A DNA stretch of 64,000 nucleotides from a virus. Taxonomy: Duplodnaviria; Caudoviricetes. This document shows, piece by piece, positions 26,949-36,627 of this stretch. How positions within the stretch are numbered: position 1 is the first letter of the stretch; every line of letters begins with the position of its first letter. The notes under the pieces were generated by a model, which saw only the letters and a program-made list of their open reading frames with translations, was not told where the DNA came from and searched no databases. The stretch is from IMG/VR virus record IMGVR_UViG_2236876025_000005, positions 1,662-65,661 of that record; one strand, given 5' to 3'. Made by a program: the position numbers and the translations under genes.

Positions 26949-27299
26949 TTAAATATTAGAACCATTATAACAAATGTCGGCTGTGTCAAACTTTGCCTTA
27001 CATTCCCTGTAATTACTCGTTATGTAATCCTCCCAATTTTTATACAGTATTTGTTCATACGCCACCATTAAATCCCACGAACCGTCGTCGTTGTACCGCA
27101 CCGCCTCTATACCGCAATTCCAATTTTCCAACAACTTCCATTCGGGGTTCAATTTGCAATATTCACGAATAAACGTGCTTGCGGTACGTAGGTTTTCAAA
27201 TCGGTCAAACCAACGTGTGTCAACCAACTCACGGTCGCCAATTTTTCTTCTGTACGTTTCAATTTTTATCTGCCAAAACGTTCCCATAACCGTAAACAT
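26949..27299 (-). CDS. hypothetical protein
   Basis: 116-aa ORF. Confidence 0.6.
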   Translation of the reverse strand: MFTVMGTFWQIKIETYRRKIGDRELVDTRWFDRFENLRTASTFIREYCKLNPEWKLLENWNCGIEAVRYNDDGSWDLMVAYEQILYKNWEDYITSNYRECKAKFDTADICYNGSNI

Positions 27300-27485
27300 T
27301 TATTGTTTTAAATCCACCGACATAAAATCTCGGCATTTCGTTTCACAATCCCGTTGGAAAACACTTATCAACCCGTCCGTCGGGTGTTCCAATATTTCCT
27401 GATACGCCAACCAACGGTAGCATTTCTCCCTGTCCTTGCACTTGTCGTTCTTGCAGTGCGTGATGTCGTGAATGTACATAGTCAA
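27300..27485 (-). CDS. small Cys-rich protein (DITHC..C...C.R)
   Basis: 61-aa ORF. Confidence 0.65.
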   Translation of the reverse strand: MTMYIHDITHCKNDKCKDREKCYRWLAYQEILEHPTDGLISVFQRDCETKCRDFMSVDLKQ

Positions 27486-27742
27486 TAGTTTTTAATAAAA
27501 TTTCCGTCCTTGTCATAGCGTTTGTCAAGATACACCTTGAAACAGTCGCTCTTGCGGTAATCCATTGTTTGTACGCATACGCGTTGATTCGTTTCCCTGT
27601 CGTGTATCAACGTCAGGTAACAAAACATTGTGTCATCCTTGCTTATGCGTCCGTGTTTGACAACATCGCGGACGTAACCGACCGCGCGTTCAAGCGGTAT
27701 GTCGTCGTAAACCGTAATATGTATTTTCTTTTCCATAATCAT
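27482..27742 (-). CDS. hypothetical protein
   Basis: ATGA-coupled start at 27742 (MIMEKK); the longer ORF call is a shadow extension. Confidence 0.6.
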   Translation of the reverse strand: MIMEKKIHITVYDDIPLERAVGYVRDVVKHGRISKDDTMFCYLTLIHDRETNQRVCVQTMDYRKSDCFKVYLDKRYDKDGNFIKNY

Positions 27743-28014
27743 AACCAAATGTTCACAGGTATATCCTTGAACCCGATTCCCGTCTGTTCCGCCTGAACAG
27801 CGTTGTACCCCCGTTTCGGCTCTTTCGTGTACCGAACGAGGTCGATAGTGCCGCAGACGCTGACTGACACGTCCAACGCGTCGCACTCGCCCCTGTAAGC
27901 CTGCAACACGCTCTCCAAGTCGCGTTTCAGGCGGTTTCCTATGTCGATGACCTTTTCGTCCGTCCCGTCGATAGGAATCGGGGTACTGCTCAGGCAAATG
28001 TTCGGTTCGGTCAT
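27739..28014 (-). CDS. hypothetical protein
   Basis: Coupled 91-aa ORF. Confidence 0.6.
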   Translation of the reverse strand: MTEPNICLSSTPIPIDGTDEKVIDIGNRLKRDLESVLQAYRGECDALDVSVSVCGTIDLVRYTKEPKRGYNAVQAEQTGIGFKDIPVNIWL

Positions 28015-28349
28015 AATCTATCCAAAACGCGTTGAATAACGTTCACGTCGCACCCGTACAACCAATAAGACCATTCAAGTTTTTTCTGTTTGGTGTTTTG
28101 GGCGTTCGTCGGGAAATCCAAAATTTGAATTTTCAATTTGCATTTCAACGCGCCCAACGCGCCCGATTTTTTAGACATTAAATCGGTGTATGTCGATTCG
28201 ACAAACGAACGTATTTCGTCGGGTGTGTCAAAATCGAATAACGACACACAACGTCGGTCGTCCGTCAATCCGTGTTGCTCGAACGTCAGGCGTGCCGTCC
28301 GTTCAAAATCTTTTTTAATCCTCATTTCCGTATTTGTTAATGATTTCAC
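28011..28349 (-). CDS. hypothetical protein
   Basis: 112-aa ORF. Confidence 0.55.
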   Translation of the reverse strand: MKSLTNTEMRIKKDFERTARLTFEQHGLTDDRRCVSLFDFDTPDEIRSFVESTYTDLMSKKSGALGALKCKLKIQILDFPTNAQNTKQKKLEWSYWLYGCDVNVIQRVLDRL

Positions 28350-28656
28350 ATTCAGTTTCCGTGTACCATTCGTCGTATGTTAGGGGGCGTAACGAAAACA
28401 CCATTTCGTCGTACCCGTACCTGTCAACCATACCGTCGGCGGTGTTCTTACGGGTTTCCCATTCGTTCCAACGCGCCAGAAGCTCATCGTCGTCCCTTAA
28501 CGAATCGAGAAACGCCATTTTGTATTTGTAACCTGCGTGGCTGACGCGTATTTGTATTTCGGCGACGCGCGTGTTTCGGTACATACAAAAATATATACTG
28601 AAATACATCAACGCCCCCGTCGCGATACCCAATATTATTGACAACACCGTGTTCAT
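28315..28656 (-). CDS. N-terminally membrane-anchored hypothetical protein
   Basis: Hydrophobic N-terminus VLSIILGIATGALMYFSIYFC. Confidence 0.65.
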   Translation of the reverse strand: MNTVLSIILGIATGALMYFSIYFCMYRNTRVAEIQIRVSHAGYKYKMAFLDSLRDDDELLARWNEWETRKNTADGMVDRYGYDEMVFSLRPLTYDEWYTETECEIINKYGNED

Positions 28657-29003
28657 TCCTGTCCCCCCCCGTTTAATTCCGTTAGATAATCCGACACCGA
28701 CGGAATGTTGTATTTGATTCTTTCCTCAGGCGTCAGGGCGCGTTCCTCGCCGCAATGCACGCAATACATTCTCGCGCAACATTTCGGGTTGGTGTCCGTC
28801 AGTTTCCAAACGTGGTTTTCACCCTGACACTCGCATTTTTCCAACTCAAAATCGATGTTTACGTGCGGACGGACATTCAGAACCATTCCGCATTCGGGGC
28901 ATTCCTTTTGGAACAACTCCTCGTCGTAAATGTAATCCCAATCGTCCGTGAAATCGGGGTCGATTTCCTTTCCGCAATACGGACATTCAAGTTTCCAATA
29001 CAT
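28653..29003 (-). CDS. Zn-ribbon protein
   Basis: CPYC, CPEC, CEC..H and C..C motifs. Confidence 0.7.
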   Translation of the reverse strand: MYWKLECPYCGKEIDPDFTDDWDYIYDEELFQKECPECGMVLNVRPHVNIDFELEKCECQGENHVWKLTDTNPKCCARMYCVHCGEERALTPEERIKYNIPSVSDYLTELNGGGQE

Positions 29004-29006
29004 AAT

Positions 29007-29381
29007 TCAATCCTCGTTTAAGTATAAATTATATTTGTCACAAAATTCATTCAACACCTCTTTGACGTGCGGCAGGAACGTTTTGTAATGTCGTTCGTCA
29101 GCCTTGTCCGATTCCGTGCTGAGGTTTTGGTTGCACTCAGTCTGTTGCCAAAGCCACCATGTCAAACCCGTGACTTTTGCGCAATCGTCTTTTAATTCCT
29201 GTTGGTTAAAACAACCGCTTTCTTGCATTCGCACAATAAGGTCGATTAAACCATTAGGAACAGTTGTAACCCGTATTTCACTGTGCCAAAGGTCGATGTC
29301 GTAGTCCATTTTCGCCTGAAAAAACTCAATATCGAATACTATTGAGCCGTGATTGTCACCGTTTTTAATCGTGAATGTCAT
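29007..29381 (-). CDS. hypothetical protein
   Basis: 124-aa ORF. Confidence 0.65.
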   Translation of the reverse strand: MTFTIKNGDNHGSIVFDIEFFQAKMDYDIDLWHSEIRVTTVPNGLIDLIVRMQESGCFNQQELKDDCAKVTGLTWWLWQQTECNQNLSTESDKADERHYKTFLPHVKEVLNEFCDKYNLYLNED

Positions 29382-30184
29382 ACCCCTAACCGTTTTTTAA
29401 GTTCTTTCGCGAATATTCGCATACCGTTCACCGCGCTCTCTTCATACGCGTCACAGTCCATATACCGCAACGTTTCGTCAATCAACCATACGAACGCGTC
29501 CGTGTTACGTTGTGTGACACCGCCCACCAAATCAGTGAGGGTGTTCCGCCAAATGCTGTCAACGTCGTTCCCGACGGACAGGTCAACACCGAGTTTGAAT
29601 ATCGGTTCAATTTGTTGTACATAGGATTCAGCCTTTTCCACCAATTCCCAATTATCGTCGTTCAAACCGATTTTGGTTATATCGAATTGACTTTTTAATC
29701 CGCGTTTCAACTTGAACGTGTCAATCGCGACGTAATCGTCACCGTCGTAACCCGTGATTCTATATTGGAAACAACAGCCGTCCTTTCGTTGTACGATGTC
29801 ACCGATATTAAACCTGCGTTCGCGTTTGGGTTCGTTCACCAATTCAAATTCATCTTGTGCTGAAATCGGAATCCAACTTTCGTGGTCGTTGTGGTCTAAA
29901 CAATACTTGTCATTCTCGATTTCAAATACGGTATAAATGTACTTCGTCACAGGATTGTTCGGGTCAACGACCTTGCGTTTCACCTTGTCCCCGACCTTGA
30001 ATTTCGGTTCAACAGGTTTGTCCGCCAACTCCCAACATATTTCGTCATTAAACGGCAGATAACGGTCGTCCAACCAATAACCGCCGTCCATTACGCTTAC
30101 CACTGTGTAAACATTATCGTTCCAAATGTTTTTCACCATATCCCCAACCTCGAATTTAGGTCGGTGTTTTTTCGTATGTTTCAT
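29378..30184 (-). CDS. protein with three tandem [KR]FxxGD SH3-like modules
   Basis: PKFEVGD, PKFKVGD and RFNIGD modules, each ending WELV/FELV-like. Confidence 0.7.
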   Translation of the reverse strand: MKHTKKHRPKFEVGDMVKNIWNDNVYTVVSVMDGGYWLDDRYLPFNDEICWELADKPVEPKFKVGDKVKRKVVDPNNPVTKYIYTVFEIENDKYCLDHNDHESWIPISAQDEFELVNEPKRERRFNIGDIVQRKDGCCFQYRITGYDGDDYVAIDTFKLKRGLKSQFDITKIGLNDDNWELVEKAESYVQQIEPIFKLGVDLSVGNDVDSIWRNTLTDLVGGVTQRNTDAFVWLIDETLRYMDCDAYEESAVNGMRIFAKELKKRLGV

Positions 30185-30211
30185 CGTTGTATCGTTTTAA
30201 TGTTCCGACGG

Positions 30212-30241
30212 CAAATATACAAATTATTTTAATATAACAAA
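30212..30241 (-). promoter_or_regulatory. class-2 phage promoter
   Basis: CAAATATACAAATTATTTTAATATAACAAA. Confidence 0.65.
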
Positions 30242-30247
30242 TAATTG

Positions 30248-30862
30248 TTACATATTTTTTTCGATTTCGGCAATACGGTCAATCAACCCCTTGATTATAG
30301 ACCTGTCGCATACAAACCAACCACATTTATTCAAACGTGTGTTCACTTCGTCCGACAACCGTGAATCGGTTATATGCTCGTTGATAACGTCGAGGTCGTG
30401 TATGGTTGCCGAACGTTCGTCCCAATAATCGTTACGGTGGTTCAAAGCGTTCACGACAACGTTGACAACATCGCATATCGGCATTTCCTTTCCGCCGACA
30501 CAGTCGTATATGACGTTATCCTGAACCGTGTAACGTATGTCGCACACAGCCGATTTGTCCGACGGTCGCCAATATTTTTCCAACGCGAGTTTATAAATCT
30601 GTAGTTCGGACACGGGGTCGGGGTCGGGGCAAACCAACCGCAAATCGAAAGCCTTCCAACCCGTGTCGTCTTCGTGTGCGCTACCGTGTTCGTCATACGA
30701 TTGACAAAACTCGTACCCGTCACTGTTTTTAACCAAACCGACGATTTTGAACACACCGTCCTGTTTGTCCCAACAAACGATACGTACAGGCATACCGTTT
30801 TCCGTTACGATTTCATATTCGCCCGATTTCGCTTTTTCCAAATCAAAATCAATTGTTTTCAT
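30248..30862 (-). CDS. hypothetical protein (FDLEKAKSG...VRIVCWD)
   Basis: 204-aa ORF. Confidence 0.7.
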   Translation of the reverse strand: MKTIDFDLEKAKSGEYEIVTENGMPVRIVCWDKQDGVFKIVGLVKNSDGYEFCQSYDEHGSAHEDDTGWKAFDLRLVCPDPDPVSELQIYKLALEKYWRPSDKSAVCDIRYTVQDNVIYDCVGGKEMPICDVVNVVVNALNHRNDYWDERSATIHDLDVINEHITDSRLSDEVNTRLNKCGWFVCDRSIIKGLIDRIAEIEKNM

Positions 30863-31355
30863 TTTTATTTTCGTTTAGGTTAACCAATTCCTTTGTTTCA
30901 GGATTCCATCTGTAACCCCGCTTGTTGATTTCACCGACAAGCAATTCCTTTTCCGATTCCGTCGCGAACGTCAAATCCCGACCGCTGTACGCTTTCAATT
31001 CCTTGTTGAACGCGAATATTTCCTTGTTCTGTCTGTTGTACGCCGCGTAAACAACCACATACGGGAATTGGGTTTTCGTACCCTCGACGCATTCTTTTAA
31101 CAACATAATCGAATCTTCGTCGGCTACGAAATCACCGTCCCTTAAATCGTGTTCGTGCGTGCGTCCCAACGCCAACCCCTGTTCGCACCGTTCCTTGTTT
31201 TCAAGGGCGACATCGATTTCCTCATTCAACAAAAGTCGTCGCACGGCGTTAGCCACAGGCGTTTCAAGGTGTTTAATCGCGTCCAACAATTCATTCGCGT
31301 TTTCCACGCATTCCGAATAATAATCGTGTAATTCCTTTAAAGTTTTCATTGTCAA
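30849..31355 (-). CDS. hypothetical protein
   Basis: 168-aa ORF. Confidence 0.7.
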   Translation of the reverse strand: MTMKTLKELHDYYSECVENANELLDAIKHLETPVANAVRRLLLNEEIDVALENKERCEQGLALGRTHEHDLRDGDFVADEDSIMLLKECVEGTKTQFPYVVVYAAYNRQNKEIFAFNKELKAYSGRDLTFATESEKELLVGEINKRGYRWNPETKELVNLNENKNENN

Positions 31356-31379
31356 TTAGTTTCAATATTCATAACTTTT

Positions 31380-31844
31380 TTATTTATCGTTCTGTTCACC
31401 GTTTAATAATTCGTTTATCATATCGTCCAACATTTCTTTCCCGTATTCGACCTTTCCCAACATCGTGCCTAACTTCATCGCCCGTGCCGCCTCAGGATAG
31501 TTGCTGTTAATCAGGTCGCCAATACTTTCACCGTCTTTGAATATCCCCTGATATTCCCTTTTGGTGTCGTCGTACAGTTCGTCCAACTCTTTCCTTTTAA
31601 CCCTGATGTTCTCAATCGCCTGTGACATAATGTCGTCCAAACGACCGACGTATTCGTCCGATACGGCGATACGGTCGAGAATGTGATTCTTGTCATCGTC
31701 GGACAACACGACCGCGCTCCTGACGCTGTTCTCGGCGTTCTCGTGCGCCGTTTTTAACGCGTTCACGCTCTTGAATATATTGAACATTTCATCGGCGCGA
31801 TAATGTATCGCGACCAATTTTTCCACTACATCACTACTTGTCAT
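31380..31844 (-). CDS. hypothetical helical protein
   Basis: 154-aa ORF. Confidence 0.65.
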   Translation of the reverse strand: MTSSDVVEKLVAIHYRADEMFNIFKSVNALKTAHENAENSVRSAVVLSDDDKNHILDRIAVSDEYVGRLDDIMSQAIENIRVKRKELDELYDDTKREYQGIFKDGESIGDLINSNYPEAARAMKLGTMLGKVEYGKEMLDDMINELLNGEQNDK

Positions 31845-31849
31845 TGTTA

Positions 31850-32065
31850 TTACTTTTTAAATTCAAAATCCTCACAAACGTCACCGACGGCGAAACAGCT
31901 GTGACTGTCATACGACCACCAACGGTTCTTGCAGATATAGGTGGCTAAGCCCTCAAAAACGTTCGGTGCGGAAATCGAAATATTACCCTCTCGGTCGCAC
32001 TTAACCTTTCCACGGCTCTTCCTGAACCATTTGCATTTCGTACACCGTTTTGCTTTCATTGTCAA
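31850..32065 (-). CDS. small Cys-rich protein
   Basis: CTKCKW...C..FE pattern. Confidence 0.6.
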   Translation of the reverse strand: MTMKAKRCTKCKWFRKSRGKVKCDREGNISISAPNVFEGLATYICKNRWWSYDSHSCFAVGDVCEDFEFKK

Positions 32066-32271
32066 TATGTTTTTACGACTGTTTTCTTGCTGATATACAT
32101 ATCACGCTCAATGGTGTCTTCCGCCTCTTTTTGGGTGTCATAAACCCCCGTTCCCCAAAAGCCGTCGTCTTGAAAATTGTACCACCACAAACAACCTAAC
32201 AGACGTTTTTGCACCTCGTACACTTTGCGTCCCCCGTAACACTCGATTTCAATAATTCTGTATTTTTTCAT
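32062..32271 (-). CDS. hypothetical protein (MKKYRIIE)
   Basis: Coupled 69-aa ORF. Confidence 0.65.
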   Translation of the reverse strand: MKKYRIIEIECYGGRKVYEVQKRLLGCLWWYNFQDDGFWGTGVYDTQKEAEDTIERDMYISKKTVVKTY

Positions 32272-32663
32272 CGGTTTTTCGATTTTCTGTAACCCAAAAA
32301 TTCAATCGTACCCAACACGACAGCCATAATAATTATCAACGCCGCCGAACCCCACGCAGGGGCTGTCACCCACCACCAAGACCAATCTATGACCTTAGTC
32401 AGTTTCAACACGATAAACACAATTGTCAACAAACCGAAAAAGCCGATTCCCGTTGACCCTGAATTTCCTTCACTCATAATCTTACTTTTTATTTTGTTGT
32501 TGTTATAAAATCCGCATTCCCCGTGAACGTTCAGCGCGTCTGCCGATTCACCGACGATTCGGCAGACGTTCCGCTCGCGTATGTACGCGCCGCATTTAAG
32601 ACATTTCCTGTTCATTCGCGAACCGTTTGAGGTTGTAATAATAATCGCAACACTGTTGCGCAC
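32268..32663 (-). CDS. small membrane protein (GIGFFGLLTIVFIVLKL..VIDWSWWWV..PAW)
   Basis: Two TM helices; probable start MSEG at 32477, with the upstream Cys-rich part possibly separate. Confidence 0.65.
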   Translation of the reverse strand: MRNSVAIIITTSNGSRMNRKCLKCGAYIRERNVCRIVGESADALNVHGECGFYNNNKIKSKIMSEGNSGSTGIGFFGLLTIVFIVLKLTKVIDWSWWWVTAPAWGSAALIIIMAVVLGTIEFLGYRKSKNR

Positions 32664-32838
32664 AGAACACGTTTCCGCCCTTCACGACACAACCGTCTTT
32701 CCTGAGCGTTTTGTCCGTCGGTTTTTTGTCGATATAATGGTTTATTGCGTTTCCGCACCAATCACACGTCACCTCGTACCACTTCGTTATCATAGTTGTA
32801 CTCTTTCTTTTCCCACTCGAATCCTTTAATCGACACAA
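32596..32838 (-). CDS. Zn-ribbon-like small protein
   Basis: VTCDWCG...FC..CC. Confidence 0.55.
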   Translation of the reverse strand: MCRLKDSSGKRKSTTMITKWYEVTCDWCGNAINHYIDKKPTDKTLRKDGCVVKGGNVFCAQQCCDYYYNLKRFANEQEMS

Positions 32839-32971
32839 AGTACCAAAACAGCCAAGACGCGCCCCAATAATAGTGTCGTTTGCCGTTCCAATAATACCAA
32901 CTCAAATGTATGCACGGTAAAAAGTTGATACTTTCAACCAAACGTCCGAATCGTTTGAATTTACTTGTCAT
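32762..32971 (-). CDS. Trp-rich small protein
   Basis: 69-aa ORF. Confidence 0.55.
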   Translation of the reverse strand: MTSKFKRFGRLVESINFLPCIHLSWYYWNGKRHYYWGASWLFWYFVSIKGFEWEKKEYNYDNEVVRGDV

Positions 32972-33129
32972 AACTCGTCGTTATTCGTAATCGATGTAAT
33001 AAACCGTAATCACACCGTCAGTCTCTGTTATTCCCAAAACCGACATAGGTAGGTTTATTCTTTTACTAAACTCGTTCATCCACTCGCACACACTCGCTTT
33101 GTCCGTAAACTCTTTAAATTTAACCTTTT

Positions 33130-33408
33130 TCATAATTCCAATATTGATTTTAAGTCCTCAATTACTGTTTGATTTGTCTCGTCAACTGTCAGCATATTGA
33201 CAAGTCCGAGTAAGTCCCGTTTTTCGGCGGCATATTGTTCGCTCGCCCATTCAGCACCCTCGGCAAAGTGATTCACATACCAAAACTTCCACTGAGTGAT
33301 TTGTGCCTCTTTCCGTTCAACATCACCCTCAAAATTTTTTCTAAGTAAAGGCTCGTATTTTTCCTTGAAAATCGCCCTTGCAGTTCTTACAATATCCTTG
33401 TAGTTCAT
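33130..33408 (-). CDS. hypothetical protein (FxxGAEWA family)
   Basis: FAEGAEWA motif shared with 63749-63988. Confidence 0.65.
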   Translation of the reverse strand: MNYKDIVRTARAIFKEKYEPLLRKNFEGDVERKEAQITQWKFWYVNHFAEGAEWASEQYAAEKRDLLGLVNMLTVDETNQTVIEDLKSILEL

Positions 33409-33602
33409 AATTCTACTATTTTATTGTTTGTTTCACAATACCATTGTATTTCACCATTTTGGGTTTCGACAAATTCGCCGCCCGTTGTTTCACACCATTC
33501 GTCGAACGACACGACGTTTCGGTTTCCACGCCGTTCCGCGATACGTTTTTCGTGTTCGTATCGGCGTTTAGCCTCGACGAACATTTGTTCCCGTTGTCCC
33601 AT
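33405..33602 (-). CDS. hypothetical protein
   Basis: 65-aa ORF. Confidence 0.55.
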   Translation of the reverse strand: MGQREQMFVEAKRRYEHEKRIAERRGNRNVVSFDEWCETTGGEFVETQNGEIQWYCETNNKIVEL

Positions 33603-33899
33603 ATCGTTTATCGTTTTACTTTCTTGAACACCTCGTTACAGTGCAGGCACGGCGAGCCGATGACCGTTCCGCACACACCCTTCAGGTCGCAAGCGTCACA
33701 AATGACCGCAACGTGTTTCCGTTTGATTACGGACTTGAACCTGACACCGTTTATTTCAACAAAAACTCTCATATCATTATCGTTTTAAAGTTCATATTCC
33801 TCATAATATCCTTTCCTGTGCCTATCCATTTCCTTTTCAAATTCGTTTGTAAATGTAATAATATTTTTGTTACACGCAACACCCCGTGTCACATTTTTT

Positions 33900-34202
33900 T
33901 CAATCGAATTTAAGACATTCGGTTATGAAATATTCATCGTCGTCCGCGCCGCTGTCGTTTATATGCCCTGCGTCAAGGTACGGAATCGGATATGCGTTGT
34001 CGTATTCCTTTCCGTAATTCACCAAATGACTGTACTGTATTTCGTTGTTTTTATACACGCACAAACGGTCTTGTTTGGCGACGACGGAACAACCCGACGC
34101 GCGTAGTTTTTTAATGCGTTCCGCGATTTCCTTCGATAATTTTTCTTGGTTCTCGGTGAACCGTCCCGTTTCCTCGTAATCAATCTTTTTCATAACCATT
34201 AT
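33900..34202 (-). CDS. hypothetical protein
   Basis: Probable start near 34199 (MVMKKID), coupled to the upstream stop. Confidence 0.6.
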   Translation of the reverse strand: MMVMKKIDYEETGRFTENQEKLSKEIAERIKKLRASGCSVVAKQDRLCVYKNNEIQYSHLVNYGKEYDNAYPIPYLDAGHINDSGADDDEYFITECLKFD

Positions 34203-34477
34203 ATTTTTTGAAAAACGACCTCTTTCCCGTCCTGACGCTCGTCCGCGCGGCACGCCAACATATCGCACGCGCCCCTGTCCCTGTTCATCCTGAAACAACA
34301 CGAGAAACAATCGTATGCGCGTATTCCGTCCTCGTTGTATTTCTTATAATACTTTCCGTCCGCCTCAATCACCTGATACGCGCCCCGACCGACGTTGAAC
34401 ACCGCGCCCACGGGGTAATACCGTTTGTTCCGTTTCCGTATCAACGTTATCATTTTTCCAATTTGAATCTGTAACAA
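34199..34477 (-). CDS. Cys-containing hypothetical protein (C..R.D motif)
   Basis: CFSCCF...C...ERQDGKEVVF. Confidence 0.6.
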   Translation of the reverse strand: MLQIQIGKMITLIRKRNKRYYPVGAVFNVGRGAYQVIEADGKYYKKYNEDGIRAYDCFSCCFRMNRDRGACDMLACRADERQDGKEVVFQKI

Positions 34478-34743
34478 TTGTCATCGTAATTGTGCCGCAC
34501 GCAGTAATCCATTTTGTCACCGTATCGGTGGACGCAACGTTCGCAACATTTACCCTCAACCTTCACAGGTTTCGGTTTGCTTTTAAGTTCCGTCGGTAAA
34601 CAATGGTATATTATCGTTTCGTCGCCTAATATGTCCTCAGCGATTTGATAAATATCGCCGAAATAATCAACGTCGTTATAAAACCCGTTTTCGATTCGTT
34701 CCGTGATTCTGCGTTTCATTTCCGTTCCCATAATCAAAGCCAT
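34450..34743 (-). CDS. hypothetical protein with C-terminal Cys cluster
   Basis: 97-aa ORF. Confidence 0.6.
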   Translation of the reverse strand: MALIMGTEMKRRITERIENGFYNDVDYFGDIYQIAEDILGDETIIYHCLPTELKSKPKPVKVEGKCCERCVHRYGDKMDYCVRHNYDDNCYRFKLEK

Positions 34744-34752
34744 AACTCAGTG

Positions 34753-34965
34753 TCATTTTTTAGGGTTTGACAGCCAATCCGCGTCTTGCAAATATCTCGC
34801 GAGACGGCTGACCCGTATTGTCATATATTCCTTTTGTTCGCCGCCGCACCATAACTCGCGCACCGACAGACTGAAATCACCGCACCCGACACCGCCGCCT
34901 GTGAACACGCTCACGGGCAGGTCGGGGGTTTTCATTAATTGTTCCGCTAATTCCTTGCACGTCAT
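34753..34965 (-). CDS. hypothetical protein (MTxKELxExL)
   Basis: 70-aa ORF. Confidence 0.6.
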   Translation of the reverse strand: MTCKELAEQLMKTPDLPVSVFTGGGVGCGDFSLSVRELWCGGEQKEYMTIRVSRLARYLQDADWLSNPKK

Positions 34966-34968
34966 AAC

Positions 34969-35325
34969 TCAAATGTCTTTCGGTTCAACATTCAAATAGT
35001 CCTGCCACGCGTACCGTTTCCCGAACCGTGTCATCAGCCGTTGCCACCAAAGGCGGACGACGTACAGGTGAAACACGTAGTAATACAGGAAATCAAACAC
35101 CGAACATTCATACCAACGGTGCAACCACACCGCCTTTCCCGTGAACTCGTAATACACCCCAAAGGGGTCTTCCCCACGGTACAATTTTTCGGAACGTCGG
35201 ACATATCCGTTTTCTATCAACCAACACATCGCGTCAAACCCGTAATCCTGAACCCATACGTGTACCCTTGCTCGGTTGTAACCGATTCCCTGTTGTTTGG
35301 TTTTGAAAACATCTTTCCTTTTCAT
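34969..35325 (-). CDS. hypothetical aromatic-rich protein
   Basis: 118-aa ORF. Confidence 0.6.
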   Translation of the reverse strand: MKRKDVFKTKQQGIGYNRARVHVWVQDYGFDAMCWLIENGYVRRSEKLYRGEDPFGVYYEFTGKAVWLHRWYECSVFDFLYYYVFHLYVVRLWWQRLMTRFGKRYAWQDYLNVEPKDI

Positions 35326-35750
35326 ATCATTATCTTTTTATCGATTCCAAACAATCGCAACGCGTGTTGCAGTTCGTGTGTGTAGCGCACCATCGCTGAG
35401 TTGGTCGGTTGCGCCCCGTCGTAACGGACGTGCGTAATGTTCCAACCGTCCTCGAACCGCGTCACCGTCACGTAACAATCGTTGTCCTTGTATATGTACT
35501 TGTCGGGACACACACCCAACAGGTTGCCCTTGAAAGTCACATCGTGTCCCGTCACACACTTGAAACCGTTGCTGTCGAACACGTGCGGCGCGATAACCAA
35601 CGGTGTCACAACGTTTATGAACACCCATTTCATAGGTTTCGTCCTGTCACCCCCGACGTGATACGACACCTTGTTTTTGTGTACCGCGCAGACCTGCTCG
35701 GGTCGCCCGTCTATCACAAACCAATCACCTATTTCAATCGTCATTCTCAT
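35322..35750 (-). CDS. hypothetical protein (IGDW...YTHELQHALRLFGI)
   Basis: 142-aa ORF. Confidence 0.7.
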   Translation of the reverse strand: MRMTIEIGDWFVIDGRPEQVCAVHKNKVSYHVGGDRTKPMKWVFINVVTPLVIAPHVFDSNGFKCVTGHDVTFKGNLLGVCPDKYIYKDNDCYVTVTRFEDGWNITHVRYDGAQPTNSAMVRYTHELQHALRLFGIDKKIMI

Positions 35751-36024
35751 ATCGTTTCATCGCCTCGTAAAAATACAAACCGTACACATATTGTTCCACC
35801 TTGACGAGTAACATTGTTCCCAAAAAGTCGTCAAAAACTTCGTCCCTCGTCCATTCGTCCGAATAAGTCATCGTTATGGTTTTCCCGTTGATAACTATTC
35901 TCCAACCCCCGTCACCCTTCGGGATAACGTCAAAACCCAATTCGCTTACCGCGAAATCCCGTATGTCGTCGAACGGAATCGCCCGACCGTTATACAACGC
36001 CAAATACTTTGATTGTCTTGCCAT
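35734..36024 (-). CDS. hypothetical protein
   Basis: 96 aa, promoter at 36072. Confidence 0.7.
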   Translation of the reverse strand: MARQSKYLALYNGRAIPFDDIRDFAVSELGFDVIPKGDGGWRIVINGKTITMTYSDEWTRDEVFDDFLGTMLLVKVEQYVYGLYFYEAMKRYENDD

Positions 36025-36071
36025 ATCGTTTATGTTTTTTAGTTATCCGCCGCACTATCGCAACGGTTCGG

Positions 36072-36101
36072 CAAATATATAAATTATTTTAATATAACAA
36101 T
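36072..36101 (-). promoter_or_regulatory. class-2 phage promoter
   Basis: CAAATATATAAATTATTTTAATATAACAAT. Confidence 0.65.
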
Positions 36102-36226
36102 ACGCTTATTACATTTTATTTGCAAAATAAATCACACTTGTTTATATTTTGTTGTGAATCAATATGTTTTTATTTGCACGGAAAATCCCGACCACACATT
36201 ATATACAAGTTTACACAAGGCGGCAC

Positions 36227-36268
36227 AAAAAAAGACCGCCTGACTGTCCTCACGACGTTAAGCGGTCT
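36227..36268 (-). terminator. intrinsic terminator
   Basis: AGACCGC...GCGGTCT stem with T7 on -. Confidence 0.65.
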
Positions 36269-36371
36269 CCAAACTAAACTGTTTTAAAAGAAAGAAGGTA
36301 TTATGTGTAACGCGAATTTAACAATAAAACGTTATTTTCCCTTGTTTTCCGTTATTCTTTTTAACAATAAA

Positions 36372-36626
36372 CTACCAATCCAACCAATTGTCACTGTTCG
36401 TGACACTCGTCCCTGACGCCCCGACAGCCGCCTCGGGTCTCACCCCGTCGTCATACCGCTCGCACACGTCCGTCGTGCATATAACCATGCGCCATTTCCG
36501 TTCAGGACACGACAACAGTGTCGGTTTCCCGTCCAACGACAGGTTCTCGAACCTCATATCGGGCGTCGAGTGTACACAGTTCCGACAGAACCGTATCACT
36601 TTCTCGTTTTTCTTTCTGACTGACAT
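36372..36626 (-). CDS. Cys-containing hypothetical protein
   Basis: FCRNC...SCP...C. Confidence 0.65.
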   Translation of the reverse strand: MSVRKKNEKVIRFCRNCVHSTPDMRFENLSLDGKPTLLSCPERKWRMVICTTDVCERYDDGVRPEAAVGASGTSVTNSDNWLDW

Positions 36627-36627
36627 A

